A DNA stretch of 61,196 nt, filler included. It is 5 parts of 5 records of this genome, joined end to end, with 100 filler letters (N's around TTAATTAATTAA, not from the genome) between each part and the next. Parts side by side here need not be neighbours in the genome. Positions count along the whole stretch, not along the records: positions 1 to 26,535 come from SRR31156797_26580; 4 more parts are not named here. One strand, given 5' to 3'. This document shows, piece by piece, positions 1-11,101 of this stretch. Each line of letters begins with the position of its first letter. Within the stretch, counting starts at the first letter, position 1. The translations under genes and the position numbers were made by a program. The notes beneath the pieces were generated by a model. That model ran no database searches. It was given only the letters and a program-made list of their open reading frames with translations, and was not told where the DNA came from.

Positions 1-413
1 GTTACTTCTTCGTTGTTTTCTGCTTGTATGATTGGTGTGGCAGGTGTCGTTTCGGTGGTTATGATATCAAAATTCGATTGTTCATTATCATCAATGACGA
101 CTCTCTTTGTTTCCTCTACGTTTACTTCTGTTACTATGGCTGATATGGAAGGAGCAGCAGGGGAGGATTCGGCTATATCTGGCAGTTGATTATCTGGAAT
201 TGCAGCTGTTTCCTGCTTCTCCACGTCCTTCTCTATACCTTGTGATAGGTGAGCAGGAGGAGTGGACGCGTGTGCAGGTGGCGGCGGTGATGGTTTTCCC
301 GGGGTATTTTTTTTCTTGGGAGGGGCACTTACGCTTTTCCACCAGGCTCCAGTGGTAGCTTTTCTGATAGTTGGTTTGGGTTCTTTGGGGCTATTATTTT
401 CGTCGTCTGTCAT
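1..413 (-). CDS. 5' part of a protein with a long Pro/Glu/Thr-rich low-complexity N-terminus; runs off the window start
   Basis: Hand translation: open minus-strand frame MTDDENNSPKEPKPTIRKATTGAWWKS... from ATG 413 (alternative ATG 446) to base 1. Absent from the ORF track because there is no stop. Confidence 0.55.
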   Translation of the reverse strand, partial: MTDDENNSPKEPKPTIRKATTGAWWKSVSAPPKKKNTPGKPSPPPPAHASTPPAHLSQGIEKDVEKQETAAIPDNQLPDIAESSPAAPSISAIVTEVNVEETKRVVIDDNEQSNFDIITTETTPATPIIQAENNEEV

Positions 414-1573
414 TCTTGATCCTGGGCTTGATTTAACAAGCAACATTTCCCTGGATACGTTGTGTTATTTCGCAGTAAAGTGTTCATTTTTCGAGAAAAA
501 TGAACACTGATAAGTAACTGCTCGTAATGGTCAGGGGCAACGAATATACATTGTCTTGGAAAAAGTATGTTGGTGATTTTGTAACCAACAAAGCTGTCTG
601 TAAATATTTATTTTTCCGCTTAAGCTGTATTCTATTGCTTTTTTCCTAACGAGTAGTTCAGGGAGTTGCTCAACTTTCTTTGACCTTTTTTAAAAAAAGG
701 CCACGTTTATATCGGCTCCTAAAATCTTGTCGCCGTTATTGTCATCCTTACAATTTCTCAAGAACCAACATCACTAACTGTTGCTGGTCCCGGAGATGTG
801 TCTGGTTTTTTGATTACAGTTTCGTTCTGTGCCTGTTTCGGCAATATTTTTGTAATCAATGCGTCACTAACAAAAGGGGGCACGCATTATCTCCCCTATA
901 TCAGAATATATGCTGGGAAGCATAGTTCCTGTTGATTTCTTGTGGTGTTGCCTGGCTAAAAAGTTTGTATATTTGCAGTAAGGCCAGTGCAAGAGCGGCA
1001 CGTTTTCTTTTTTCATTGTATGCCCAAGATCGGGATATATCAGCCAGTATGTGCTTACAGAGAAGTATCTATATTACATATAAAGGCTTTTATTGGGCAG
1101 GAGCCGGATGAAGTGCTTGTGCAATTACAGCAACTCATGCGGGGCAACTGGTACTACGTAGGCTGTAAGCAAAAGGGTCGCGCCTAAGGGATACGCGTTC
1201 AATGCGTATTGCATGGAGTTATACCAAATCTTGCTGCAGGCCTTCTCATTTCTTACAAATATTTTTTTATGCCAACCCATTGGTGAAATAGGTAAACCTC
1301 GAATAATCAGCTATTCCAACCAGCCGTTTCTTAAACTAAATTCGATGGCTGTGCAAGGCAAATCTATGACTTTTAACTTGACACAATTTGGCCGTACGCG
1401 TACATTCGAACAGATTTCCAGGCCCATTTTTTGTCTTGTTTAAGCACTGTATGCGTCTTGCAATATTTCGTTATGCAATGAATCGGAAATCATATTTTTG
1501 TTGCGCCTTGGGGTGTCAACAAGTCTTTGTTGCAGTTCTCAAATTTTAATTTAACACCTAGGAGTAGATCGAG

Positions 1574-3919
1574 GTGAAACAATTTACTTTTCAGTCCCCG
1601 ATCATCAGCCTTTTTTTTATTCTTATCTTTCCCTGTACTCAACTGCCTGCAGTTGGTCATGCAGAATCGGTTGATGCTCAGGAATGGGAGATTACAGCAG
1701 ATAAGCTAACCCGTTATGAAGATCCGCCAAGCGTGATTGCCGAAGGGAATGTGGTGCTTGAAAAAAAGGAGGCTGTTACCCGTAAGGAAAAGCCAAAAGA
1801 CAAAAGTGACTGGAGCGACCTTTTGGGGGAGTCGGCTGACGAGAAAGCCACCGACGATGGCGATTTGGAAGCAGCTGATAAAAAAGTAACTACAACCAAG
1901 GTGCTGACCACCATCAAGGCCGACTGGATGGTCTATGATGCGGATCTTGGCAGGGTCAAGGCTCGCGGTAATCTGATCATAGATGTTGGGCCAGATAAAT
2001 TAAGTGCAGAATCCGGGGTGGTAGACCTGGAAGACGAAACCGGCACCTTTGAAAATGCTACAGTTATCCGCCGGTATAAAGATATGCACCTTGAAGGGCG
2101 GGTTGTTGAAAAGACCGGTGATCTTACCTATCATATAGAAGACGGATGGATCATTACTTGTAAGCTCAAGGACGGCGAAACGCCTCCATGGGCATTTGCG
2201 GCTGCTGATGCGGAGATCACTGATGGCGGGTATGCCTTTCTAAAACATGCGACGTTCAGGGTAAAAGGTGTTCCTGTCTTTTATACGCCCTATATGGTAC
2301 TGCCTGCCAAGCGTAAACGTCAGACAGGCTTTCTATTTCCCTCTATTTCTACTTCTGACCGGGATGGTTTTGGTGTCGAACTCCCGTTTTTTATAAACCT
2401 ATCGCCCAACAGTGATATTACCCTTTATCCCCAGTACCTAGCAGATAGGGGTATGATGCTCGGCGGTGAATTTCGGTATGTCGTAGATAAGAATGATAAA
2501 GGCGCTGTCATGGCCAATTACCTTTCTGACGATTTGAGTGACCCTTCTCAGACAGAATACTATGAGGAGACAGGTTATACCCATACTAATAAGGATCGTT
2601 ACTGGATAAGAGGAAAGGCTGATCAGGATTTTGGTCTGTGGACCACCCGTCTCGATTTGGATATGGTCTCTGATAAAGATTATCTTACGGAATTTGAAAC
2701 TGGAATGACCGGGTTTCAGACCAGTAATAATCGCTTTCTTGATGTTTTTGGACGCGGGTTTCAGAACAAAACAGAACAGTACCGCAAGAATTCCTTGGAA
2801 ATACTAAGGTCTTTTGATAACGGCAGTTCCCTTCAAGGTGAATTTCTGGCGATTGATGATCTTAATGATCCTGATTCCTCACCATCGAGTCTGTGGAAGC
2901 TGCCCTCCCTTCAATACACTGGGCTTGTACCTCTCTATGAAGGCAGTGGAATCGATTTTTCCTGGGATGCGGATTATGTGAATTACTGGCGCGAAGAAGG
3001 CGTTGGAGCTCATCGTTTTGACGTGCATCCGCAGTTGAACATGGCTGTTCCGTTAAGTCGCTACTTGGAGACAACTGTCAGTGCCGGGGTTCGTGATACT
3101 TTTTATGCCGTCCAGGTTGGTGGGGATGAAGAGGATGAAACTATAAACCCAAATAATTTTTCTGATGGAGACACAGAAAATCGCCTGATAATGGATTTTG
3201 GTGCTGAAGTTGGTACTACCATGATTGGAGATTTTAATGCCGACATTGGCAACGTCTATGCTTGGAGTCATACTTTCCGCCCCTTTGTTTCCTATGATTT
3301 TATTTCTGATGATGATCAAGACGATCTGCCCCAACTTGACAGTATTGATACCATAGCTGATCAAAATATTATTTATTATGGGATTGATAACTTCTTTGAT
3401 ATTTACGGTGACCGGGAAGGAAGGAAATATGATCGTGATTACGGATACTTTAAAGTAAAGCAGGGCTACGACCTCCGTAGCGAGGAAAGTGATACGCCGC
3501 TAACGGCTATTGATATTGAAATGGGGTATTATCCTTGGCAGGAAGTCCGGCTCAAATACAAGTCAGAGATTGGCGTTTATGGTGAAGGCGCATATGCCCA
3601 TACCGTGGAAGCTGACCTGAAAAGTAACCGCGGGGATTATCTGTCGGCAGATTATAAGTATGATGATCTTGAAGATACCAATTCCATAAGTCTTGATGCC
3701 TGGGTTGTGCTGCCTTATAACTTTGCTATCGGCTATGGAATAGAGCGCTCCATTGAAGATGATAGTACCCTGAAGGAAGATTTCCGGATTCTCTATCAAC
3801 CGGCATGCTGGTCGGTAGAGTTCTTGTCCCACCGTATACCCGGTGATCAGACCTATATGGTTATGTTCCGCTTGGCCAATATTGGTAATCCTCTTGGTCT
3901 TGATCTACCAGGATTTTAA
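1574..3919 (+). CDS. lptD: LPS-assembly outer-membrane protein LptD
   Basis: 781 aa, signal peptide, OstA-like N-domain (ITADKL, IAEGNV), TCK...PPW and PVFYTPY...KRQTGFLFP motifs, beta-barrel C-terminus. Confidence 0.92.
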   Translation: MKQFTFQSPIISLFFILIFPCTQLPAVGHAESVDAQEWEITADKLTRYEDPPSVIAEGNVVLEKKEAVTRKEKPKDKSDWSDLLGESADEKATDDGDLEAADKKVTTTKVLTTIKADWMVYDADLGRVKARGNLIIDVGPDKLSAESGVVDLEDETGTFENATVIRRYKDMHLEGRVVEKTGDLTYHIEDGWIITCKLKDGETPPWAFAAADAEITDGGYAFLKHATFRVKGVPVFYTPYMVLPAKRKRQTGFLFPSISTSDRDGFGVELPFFINLSPNSDITLYPQYLADRGMMLGGEFRYVVDKNDKGAVMANYLSDDLSDPSQTEYYEETGYTHTNKDRYWIRGKADQDFGLWTTRLDLDMVSDKDYLTEFETGMTGFQTSNNRFLDVFGRGFQNKTEQYRKNSLEILRSFDNGSSLQGEFLAIDDLNDPDSSPSSLWKLPSLQYTGLVPLYEGSGIDFSWDADYVNYWREEGVGAHRFDVHPQLNMAVPLSRYLETTVSAGVRDTFYAVQVGGDEEDETINPNNFSDGDTENRLIMDFGAEVGTTMIGDFNADIGNVYAWSHTFRPFVSYDFISDDDQDDLPQLDSIDTIADQNIIYYGIDNFFDIYGDREGRKYDRDYGYFKVKQGYDLRSEESDTPLTAIDIEMGYYPWQEVRLKYKSEIGVYGEGAYAHTVEADLKSNRGDYLSADYKYDDLEDTNSISLDAWVVLPYNFAIGYGIERSIEDDSTLKEDFRILYQPACWSVEFLSHRIPGDQTYMVMFRLANIGNPLGLDLPGF

Positions 3920-3946
3920 TAAAACCCATCCTTTTGCAGCCTTATT

Positions 3947-4903
3947 ATGGAAATTATTGATGTCTTTAATGGTGATGCAGATGGTATTTGCGCTTTGCAT
4001 CAACTTCGACTTGCCGCACCCCAACCAGAAGCGAGACTGATTACTGGTGTAAAGCGAGATGTGCTTCTCCTGCAGCAGATTCTTGATGTGGAAAATGCTC
4101 AGGTTACGGTTTTGGACATTTCATTTGATAGAAACAGAAATGCTGTAGAGCAGCTTCTTCAGCAAAAGAACCAGATAACGTATTTAGATCATCACTTCAG
4201 TGGTGACCTGCCTCTCTCCCCGCAACTGACAACCCATATTGATCCTGATCCTGAGACATGCACTTCCCTTATAGCGGATACTCTCCTGCAAGGGAGGTTT
4301 ACATTATGGGCCATTGCCGGTGCCTTTGGTGATAACCTTGATGAAGCAGCACAGGAAAAGGCTGTCAACCTGGGACTCAGTGATGGACAGATGGCCCAGT
4401 TGCGTGAAATCGGTCATTTGCTCAATTACAACGGCTATGGTTTTACTGTTGAGGATCTACACATATCACCTGGCGAGCTTTTTCAGGAAGTACATACCTA
4501 TCGCGATCCATTTTATTTTTACCTCCAGTCAGCTACGCTAGCCCTGTTGCAAAAAGGGTATACCCAGGATATGGAGTTTGCAAAAAGTCTTGCTCCACTG
4601 CAGGACTCCCAAAAAGGGCGGGTATATGAACTCCCCAATGCTGCTTGGGCACGACGAATTGTTGGTGTCTTTTCTAATCAACTGGCGCGACAGGAGCCGG
4701 AAAAGGCGCATACAACTCTCCTTGTCAATGATGACGGCAGTTTCCGGGTAAGTGTCCGGGCCCCCCTTGTCAACAAGACAGGTGCAGACACACTTTGCCG
4801 TCTATTTCCCACCGGTGGCGGGAGAGCTGCTGCAGCCGGTATCAATAGTTTGCCTGCGGATCAGGTTGATCATTTCCTTTCAGTGTTTATTCAGCATTTT
4901 TGA
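3947..4903 (+). CDS. DHH-family phosphoesterase
   Basis: NGDADG, LDIS, YLDHH motifs; C-terminal DHHA1-like VSVR...GGGRAAAAG. Confidence 0.8.
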   Translation: MEIIDVFNGDADGICALHQLRLAAPQPEARLITGVKRDVLLLQQILDVENAQVTVLDISFDRNRNAVEQLLQQKNQITYLDHHFSGDLPLSPQLTTHIDPDPETCTSLIADTLLQGRFTLWAIAGAFGDNLDEAAQEKAVNLGLSDGQMAQLREIGHLLNYNGYGFTVEDLHISPGELFQEVHTYRDPFYFYLQSATLALLQKGYTQDMEFAKSLAPLQDSQKGRVYELPNAAWARRIVGVFSNQLARQEPEKAHTTLLVNDDGSFRVSVRAPLVNKTGADTLCRLFPTGGGRAAAAGINSLPADQVDHFLSVFIQHF

Positions 4904-5278
4904 AGCAACAGTTTTTTAAGGACATCGAATTTCTTTTAATTAAGATGAATCCTTTGGTGCGGACAGGACAGTCATTGTCGCTATCCGCGGTATTGAGATA
5001 AGGCAGACACAGCTGCTTTTTTGCTCCAGTTAAGCTGAGGCTTGTCCTAACCAAATGTGGCTTTCCGTATGTAGCTGGACTTGTCTTCGTTTCTGTCGAG
5101 ATACTGTCCCCATCACCTAGAAGTATAAAACTATCACGATCATCAGGTTGGAACACTCCCCCTTTGTCTCTCCATTCAATATGTTATGTGTCAGGTTCAC
5201 CAACCTTTGAGGCCATGGGTGTGTGGAAAAGGATAACTGCCATGACATGGCGCGATTGTACTTACTGTTACTGAGGCA

Positions 5279-6454
5279 ATGATGAAACCTATTGTATCTT
5301 TTGTAATCATTTTTTCGCTTCTTCTCTTACTGCCATTTGGATGTGGGCAAAAGCCACTTTCTATCATTTCGGAACCTGATTATCCCCTTTTTACGGACGA
5401 CCTTGATTACCAAGGCCTCGATGTTGCTCTAGAAAAAAGTCTGGTCTACCTCCGACGCCTGCCGCCTCTAACGGTTTATACAGTGGGTAACAGGAGGTGC
5501 ACGACGGCGGATATCATCCGCGCATTAGAATTTTTCCAGGAAATTATCGCTGAAAACCCGTCTCCGCAGGTATTGAATGATCTGATCGCTCGTCATTTTA
5601 GCGTGTACCAGGCACGGGGGATCGGCGGATATAATCCTGACCGATCCATGCTGGTAACCGGCTATTATCAGCCTTTGTTTTCCGGCAGCCTCAAGCGCAC
5701 AGAGACCTTTTCCTATCCGTTATATAAAGTGCCAACAGACTTAGTCATTAAGCGCATTGACGCAGGCCAAAAAAAGAAAAGTGTTGGTAGGATGGAGCAA
5801 GGACATTTTATGCCTTATTGGACAAGGGGTGAAATAGAACGCGGCCACCTACTTGCCGGACAAGAATTGGTCTGGTTGAAAAATTCTCTTGATGCATTTG
5901 TCCTTCACATTCAAGGGTCAGGCTTGATATCCCTCCCTGATGGTTCCATACGAGGAGTGCATTATGCCATGCGAAACGGCAGGAAGTACAGTAGTATCGG
6001 TAAATATATGGTCGATAATGGTATGCTGACTTTGGAAGAGGCTAGTCTTGATTCGATTCGGGCCTATATAGACAAACATCCTGAGCAGCGCGATTTGATT
6101 CTACACCATAATGAATCTTTTATCTTTTTTAATTGGGGAAATGCACAGGGGGCTGTGGGGAGTATCGGGCAGGTGCTGACTCCAGGTCGATCAATTGCGG
6201 GTGATAAAACCTGTTTTCCACCTGGATCACTCGTCTTTCTTCAATCGAGAAAGCCGGTGATTCGTGACCAGCATGTTGTGCAATGGAATAATTTAAAGCG
6301 TTTTGTCACTATTCAGGACTCTGGTTCTGCTATTCGAGGACCGGGCAGGGTTGATTTATTCTGGGGGAGTGGTTCAGAGGCAGGCCTTGCTGCCGGAAGG
6401 ATGAAAGAGGACGGTACTCTTTACCTCCTTTTATTAAAGCAGGAAGAGGGCTGA
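5279..6454 (+). CDS. mltA: Membrane-bound lytic murein transglycosylase A
   Basis: Lipobox (PFGC), TGYYQP, HIQGSG, QDSGSAIRGPGRVDLFWG (3D domain). Confidence 0.92.
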   Translation: MMKPIVSFVIIFSLLLLLPFGCGQKPLSIISEPDYPLFTDDLDYQGLDVALEKSLVYLRRLPPLTVYTVGNRRCTTADIIRALEFFQEIIAENPSPQVLNDLIARHFSVYQARGIGGYNPDRSMLVTGYYQPLFSGSLKRTETFSYPLYKVPTDLVIKRIDAGQKKKSVGRMEQGHFMPYWTRGEIERGHLLAGQELVWLKNSLDAFVLHIQGSGLISLPDGSIRGVHYAMRNGRKYSSIGKYMVDNGMLTLEEASLDSIRAYIDKHPEQRDLILHHNESFIFFNWGNAQGAVGSIGQVLTPGRSIAGDKTCFPPGSLVFLQSRKPVIRDQHVVQWNNLKRFVTIQDSGSAIRGPGRVDLFWGSGSEAGLAAGRMKEDGTLYLLLLKQEEG

Positions 6455-6463
6455 GAAAAGAAA

Positions 6464-7267
6464 ATGGTACCATCTGGGATTGTTACGCTCATCACTGACT
6501 TTGGCCTTGCCGATCCTTATGTTGGACAGCTTAAGGGCAAATTACTCAAGCGGTGGCAAGGGGCAGAAATTATTGATATCACCCATGCAATTGATCAACA
6601 TGATATCCAGGGGGCGGCAATGACGCTTTTGACCAGTTATCACCATTTTCCTGTTGGTACCGTTCACCTGACAGTGGTTGATCCGGGTGTTGGGAGTAAT
6701 CGGAAAATTCTTGCTGCCAGGAGCAATGATTTTTTCTTTATTGGTCCAGACAACGGCGTCTTTTCACCTTTAATAGAAAGAGGGCTTATTCACGACATCA
6801 GGCAGGTCTCCGGAAGCAGTGCTGCCTGCAGTGCAACTTTCCAAGGGCGAGATATAATGGCTCCGATTGCAGCAGATATTGCAAGGGGAAATCCTTTTAT
6901 TGCCTCGGGAAGGTCGGTTGAACCAGCTGATTGTATGAGCTTACCGCCTTTGAAGGTGCAGCGGACAGATGATCAATTGATCGGAGAAGTTATTCGGATT
7001 GATCATTTTGGTAATATTCGCCTTTCTATTACTTATGATGATCTACAGCAATGGTCTGTTTTTCCTGGTAATATACAGGTCCGGCTTTGTGGGGAACAGA
7101 TAGGGCCGCTGTTAAGAACCTATTCTGACTGCATCCCAGGTCAACTTTGTTTGGTTATTGATAGTGACGGCTTTTTGGAAGTCGCCGCTAATCGTGCAAA
7201 TGCCTGCAAAAAAATGGGGTGCAGACTGCAAGATACAGCAGTCGTACAACCCCGTTCTACCCCATGA
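6464..7267 (+). CDS. SAM hydroxide adenosyltransferase / chlorinase-fluorinase (DUF62) family
   Basis: TLITDFG, VVDPGVGS, GPDNG, TFQGRD, DHFGN motifs. Confidence 0.9.
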   Translation: MVPSGIVTLITDFGLADPYVGQLKGKLLKRWQGAEIIDITHAIDQHDIQGAAMTLLTSYHHFPVGTVHLTVVDPGVGSNRKILAARSNDFFFIGPDNGVFSPLIERGLIHDIRQVSGSSAACSATFQGRDIMAPIAADIARGNPFIASGRSVEPADCMSLPPLKVQRTDDQLIGEVIRIDHFGNIRLSITYDDLQQWSVFPGNIQVRLCGEQIGPLLRTYSDCIPGQLCLVIDSDGFLEVAANRANACKKMGCRLQDTAVVQPRSTP

Positions 7268-7295
7268 TTATTTTTTTCGTCAAGTGACCTTGTTA

Positions 7296-8570
7296 TTACC
7301 TGAGCAGATCAAATCGCTCCCAGAAGTCCGGGAATGATTTTGCAACGCATGATTCGCCAGTGATAATTACCCCGGGAATTCGTAACCCTGCCACGGCAAA
7401 ACACATTGCCATTCGATGATCTTCATAGGTTTCCAGGGTCGCTCCATTGTATTGACTACTGTCAGGTTTACCGTGGATGCGCATTCGTGCCGGTTCTTCT
7501 TCGATATCCACGCCCAGTTTGCGTAATTCCGAAACCACTGCCGAAATGCGATCGCATTCCTTGATGCGAAGGTGAGCGATATTGTTGATAGTTGTTGTCC
7601 CTTGGGCAAAAGCTGCTACGACGGCAAGAGTAGGTGCTACATCCGGCATATCTCCCATGTCTACTTCAATGCCCTCGAGTATTTTTGGGCCACTGACAGT
7701 CATTCCACCGTCTTTTTGTGATACATCACATCCCATTCTGGCCAGGAGCGGTACAAGGTTGGCGTCTCCCTGTAGTGAGGGGACGGGAACATTTGCTACT
7801 GTAACCGTGCCTCCGCTGACAGCTGCTGCCGCCCAAAAATAGGAGGCACTCGAGGCATCACCTTCGATGAGATAATTTTGCCCTTGATATTGCCCTTGTG
7901 GTATCCGGAAATAATTGAGCGTGGGGGCTGCTTCCACTCGTATCCCAAAATCAGCCATCACCGCCAGTGTCATTTCTACATAAGGCTGGGAAAGGACATC
8001 TCCAAGTACCTCAAGCTCAGCAGGGGTTGCAGCGTAGGGTGCCACGAGGAGCAGGGAGGAAAGGTATTGACTTGACTTTCCTTCAGGAAGGACAGTTTTT
8101 CCGCCGCCAAGGCCGGCAGCACGAATGGTAAGTGGGGGGCATCCGTTGTTTAAATCACTTTGAATGTCAACCCGCCAGCCTTGCAGAGCCTGCATCAAAG
8201 GTGAAATTGGCCGCTCGGTCATGCGTTTGCTGCCGGTAATTTGAAAAAGACCTTTGCCAAGAGAAGCGACGGATGTGAGAAACCTAGTGGCTGTGCCGTT
8301 GTTACCAAGAAAGATACCTTGATCAGGTGGCTCAATCTGTCCGCCCCTGCCTTCAACTATCCACTTATCAGGGTTTCTATCATCAACTTGAACACCCATG
8401 GCACGGAGGGCAGCAATGGTATACGAAGTATCTTCGCTGGACAATGGCCCAAGGAGGGAGGAGGTGCCCTCTGCAAGGGATGCCGCGATGAGCGCACGTT
8501 GGGTCAAACTTTTTGAGCCAGGAACGGAAATAACAGCATTGATTTTTTGAAGTGGTGTGATTTCAATCAT
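7296..8570 (-). CDS. aroA: EPSP synthase
   Basis: PGSKS, GNNGTATRF, SSQYLS, RIKECDR, DHRMAM, KSFPDF; start moved to MIEITPL (8570). Confidence 0.96.
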   Translation of the reverse strand: MIEITPLQKINAVISVPGSKSLTQRALIAASLAEGTSSLLGPLSSEDTSYTIAALRAMGVQVDDRNPDKWIVEGRGGQIEPPDQGIFLGNNGTATRFLTSVASLGKGLFQITGSKRMTERPISPLMQALQGWRVDIQSDLNNGCPPLTIRAAGLGGGKTVLPEGKSSQYLSSLLLVAPYAATPAELEVLGDVLSQPYVEMTLAVMADFGIRVEAAPTLNYFRIPQGQYQGQNYLIEGDASSASYFWAAAAVSGGTVTVANVPVPSLQGDANLVPLLARMGCDVSQKDGGMTVSGPKILEGIEVDMGDMPDVAPTLAVVAAFAQGTTTINNIAHLRIKECDRISAVVSELRKLGVDIEEEPARMRIHGKPDSSQYNGATLETYEDHRMAMCFAVAGLRIPGVIITGESCVAKSFPDFWERFDLLR

Positions 8571-8626
8571 AGGAGTGAATGCTTTTTGGGTTATGGGTGA
8601 CACTCTTCGCAAGTCAGGGAGCAAAA

Positions 8627-9463
8627 CTACATGGCATCCATCGTTTCAATAAGAGCTTTGCGCATGATACTGGGAGGTGGTTCTACCCCTGTCCAGATAC
8701 GAAACTGTTCCACACCCTGGTAAAGGAGCATGTCCAGGCCGTCAATAATTTTACAACCGCTTTCTGCGGCTTGTTTGAGCAGTGACGTTTGTAAAGGGGA
8801 ATAGACTATATCCATGACAACCTGGTAGTGGGGTAAAATTCCACCGGGCACAGGACTTCGATCACTGTCCGGGGCCATACCAACGGTGGTCGTGTTGATA
8901 AGAATATCGGCAGTAATTGTCGCGACATTGTCAAGGGGTATGGAATCACAGCCCATTTCAATTGCTAAGGCTGCTGCTTTTTCCTGGGTCCGGTTGGCTA
9001 TAGTCACTTTAGCACCGGCAGTAAGCAGGCCAAAAACAACGGCTTTGGCCGCGCCTCCTGCACCTATTACTAAAGCACTGGCACCCTTAAGACTGATAAC
9101 TTGGGAAAGTGCGCTATTGGAGCCTATCCAATCTGTATTATAACCATTACTAGTGCAGGGGCCTTCTTGATCTGGCTGACTAAAAAAGAGGGTATTAACA
9201 GCACCTATTTGGGCCGCTGTTGGGTCAATGTTATCAAGGCAGTCCATAACCGTTTCCTTAAAAGGTACTGTTATAGATGCTCCGACAAAGCCTAGTGCGC
9301 GGAGCCCGGCAATGGTTTGAGTAATATTCGTTGCCTTTATAGGTACATATGCCCCATTTATCCCTAGCTCGGCAAAAGCAGCATTGTGCATCGCAGGGCT
9401 TAAAGAATGACTGACAGGGTTGCCTATTATCGCAAAGAGCTGGGTCTTACCATTAATGTTCAT
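8627..9463 (-). CDS. aroE: Shikimate dehydrogenase
   Basis: GNPVSHSLSPAMHN, TVPFK, GAVNT, NTD, GAGGAAKA; start MNINGKT (9463). Confidence 0.95.
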   Translation of the reverse strand: MNINGKTQLFAIIGNPVSHSLSPAMHNAAFAELGINGAYVPIKATNITQTIAGLRALGFVGASITVPFKETVMDCLDNIDPTAAQIGAVNTLFFSQPDQEGPCTSNGYNTDWIGSNSALSQVISLKGASALVIGAGGAAKAVVFGLLTAGAKVTIANRTQEKAAALAIEMGCDSIPLDNVATITADILINTTTVGMAPDSDRSPVPGGILPHYQVVMDIVYSPLQTSLLKQAAESGCKIIDGLDMLLYQGVEQFRIWTGVEPPPSIMRKALIETMDAM

Positions 9464-10157
9464 TGCTTTCAAAAAGGTGAATAAGGGTATGGAATTGATC
9501 AGTTGTGAACTGACCAGGGGCTGTCGCTGAGAGATCATCAACGGCCACATAACTCATGCAGCCACCAAGATAAAGTGTCGCCAATCTGCTGATCCGACCT
9601 ACTTCACCCATGCAAAAGGTTGAAAGTTGAAAATTGTTTGCCCTAGCTATTTGTAATAGAGCGAGGACACGAACAACATCTGATGGGTCATTGGCCGTGG
9701 TGACAATTTTACCAATATCAGCGCCGCTGCCAATCATTTGGTGGAGAGTATCTTCAAGGATACCTGACGTTGCTGTTTCTGTGAAGTTATGATTGGAGAT
9801 GATAACAGCTGTTTGGCGGCCTTGTGCTGCTGAAATCACCTCGTTACGGAGATTTTTTTCGGTATTGAGTTCGATGTCAATATAGGCAGCATCTGCTGCA
9901 ATGGCATCTTTTAGTAGAGCGGTTCGATCCTTTTCACTATCAACACATTCACCGCCTTCCCAAACCGGGCGATTAGTAAAGAGTAAGGGTGTATCAGGTA
10001 AGCAGGAGATGCATCTTCCTACATCGGGATGGGTCATTAAATCAAGTCGGATCTCGAACACATCAACCTTCTCTCTGACAGGCTGTACAAGGTTGGGTAA
10101 ATCAGCAGGCTTATTTGCTGCAGTGGCGGCGCATATAATTCCTCTATTACGGTTCAC
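9453..10157 (-). CDS. aroD: Type I 3-dehydroquinate dehydratase
   Basis: EIRLD, FTNRPVWEGG, SNHNF, CMGEVGRISR, APGQ. Confidence 0.93.
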   Translation of the reverse strand: MNRNRGIICAATAANKPADLPNLVQPVREKVDVFEIRLDLMTHPDVGRCISCLPDTPLLFTNRPVWEGGECVDSEKDRTALLKDAIAADAAYIDIELNTEKNLRNEVISAAQGRQTAVIISNHNFTETATSGILEDTLHQMIGSGADIGKIVTTANDPSDVVRVLALLQIARANNFQLSTFCMGEVGRISRLATLYLGGCMSYVAVDDLSATAPGQFTTDQFHTLIHLFESNEH

Positions 10158-11101
10158 GATAAGTCCCCAGTATGAAGAGAACCAATGAGACTGGTAAGAG
10201 ATGTTTCATTCTGCTGTTCAAGAAAGGTGGTAATGCCTGAGATGATAGTATTGGCAGCACTCGGGTCGTAGAAATTAGCAGTCCCAACTTGGACAGCAGT
10301 GGCCCCGGCAATGAGAAACTCAAGAGCATCTTCAGTTGTACCTATCCCACCAATACCGATAACGGGAATAGAAACAGCATTGGCAACCTGCCAGACCATG
10401 CGCAGGGCAATGGGTTTGATTGCAGGCCCAGAAAGCCCACCAATGATATTGGCAAGGCGAGGACGGCGTTTGTTAATATCTATAGCCATACCTATGAGGG
10501 TGTTTATAAGTGAAATACCGTCAGCACCGCCAGCTTCCACGGCTTTTGCCATGGAAACAATATCAGTTACATTAGGAGAAAGTTTGACAATGACCGGAAG
10601 TGAAGAAGCTTTTTTCACTGCCTCCGTTACGGTTTGGGCCATCTCTGGAATTGTGCCGAAAGCGACGCCCCCCTTTTTTACATTGGGACAGGAGATATTG
10701 ACTTCAAGCCCGTCTATCCCTGAATGTTCAGACAACTTTTCGGCAAGATAGGCGTATTCTTCCACAGAATCGCCTAGAATATTGACCAAAACCCGACAAT
10801 TTATAGAACGTAAAAAAGGCAGTTTTTCTGTAAGAAACCGTTCTAGTCCAACATTTTCAAGCCCAATGGCATTTAACATACCGCAAGGAGTTTCAACAAT
10901 GCGTTGGGGGGGATTTCCTGCTCGTGGTTCAATGGAAATACCCTTGACCACGATGCCGCCTATCGCATCGAGATTAACAAATTGGGCAAATTCGAGACCG
11001 TACCCAAATGTGCCGGAAGCTGTCATAACGGGATTTGTTAAGGTAATCCCGCCAATATTAACAGAAAGATCAACAGTGGAAGTGTTATTTATAGGGGCCA
11101 T
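10154..11101 (-). CDS. pyrD: Dihydroorotate dehydrogenase B catalytic subunit
   Basis: ASGTFGYG, NAIGLEN, NISCPN, KLSPN, GGLSGPAIKP. Confidence 0.96.
   Translation of the reverse strand: MAPINNTSTVDLSVNIGGITLTNPVMTASGTFGYGLEFAQFVNLDAIGGIVVKGISIEPRAGNPPQRIVETPCGMLNAIGLENVGLERFLTEKLPFLRSINCRVLVNILGDSVEEYAYLAEKLSEHSGIDGLEVNISCPNVKKGGVAFGTIPEMAQTVTEAVKKASSLPVIVKLSPNVTDIVSMAKAVEAGGADGISLINTLIGMAIDINKRRPRLANIIGGLSGPAIKPIALRMVWQVANAVSIPVIGIGGIGTTEDALEFLIAGATAVQVGTANFYDPSAANTIISGITTFLEQQNETSLTSLIGSLHTGDLS

Noticed and set aside
6464-7267. Halogenase (fluorinase/chlorinase) biosynthetic cluster
   Set aside because: Housekeeping context; most DUF62 members are SAM hydrolases and nothing here indicates halide use.
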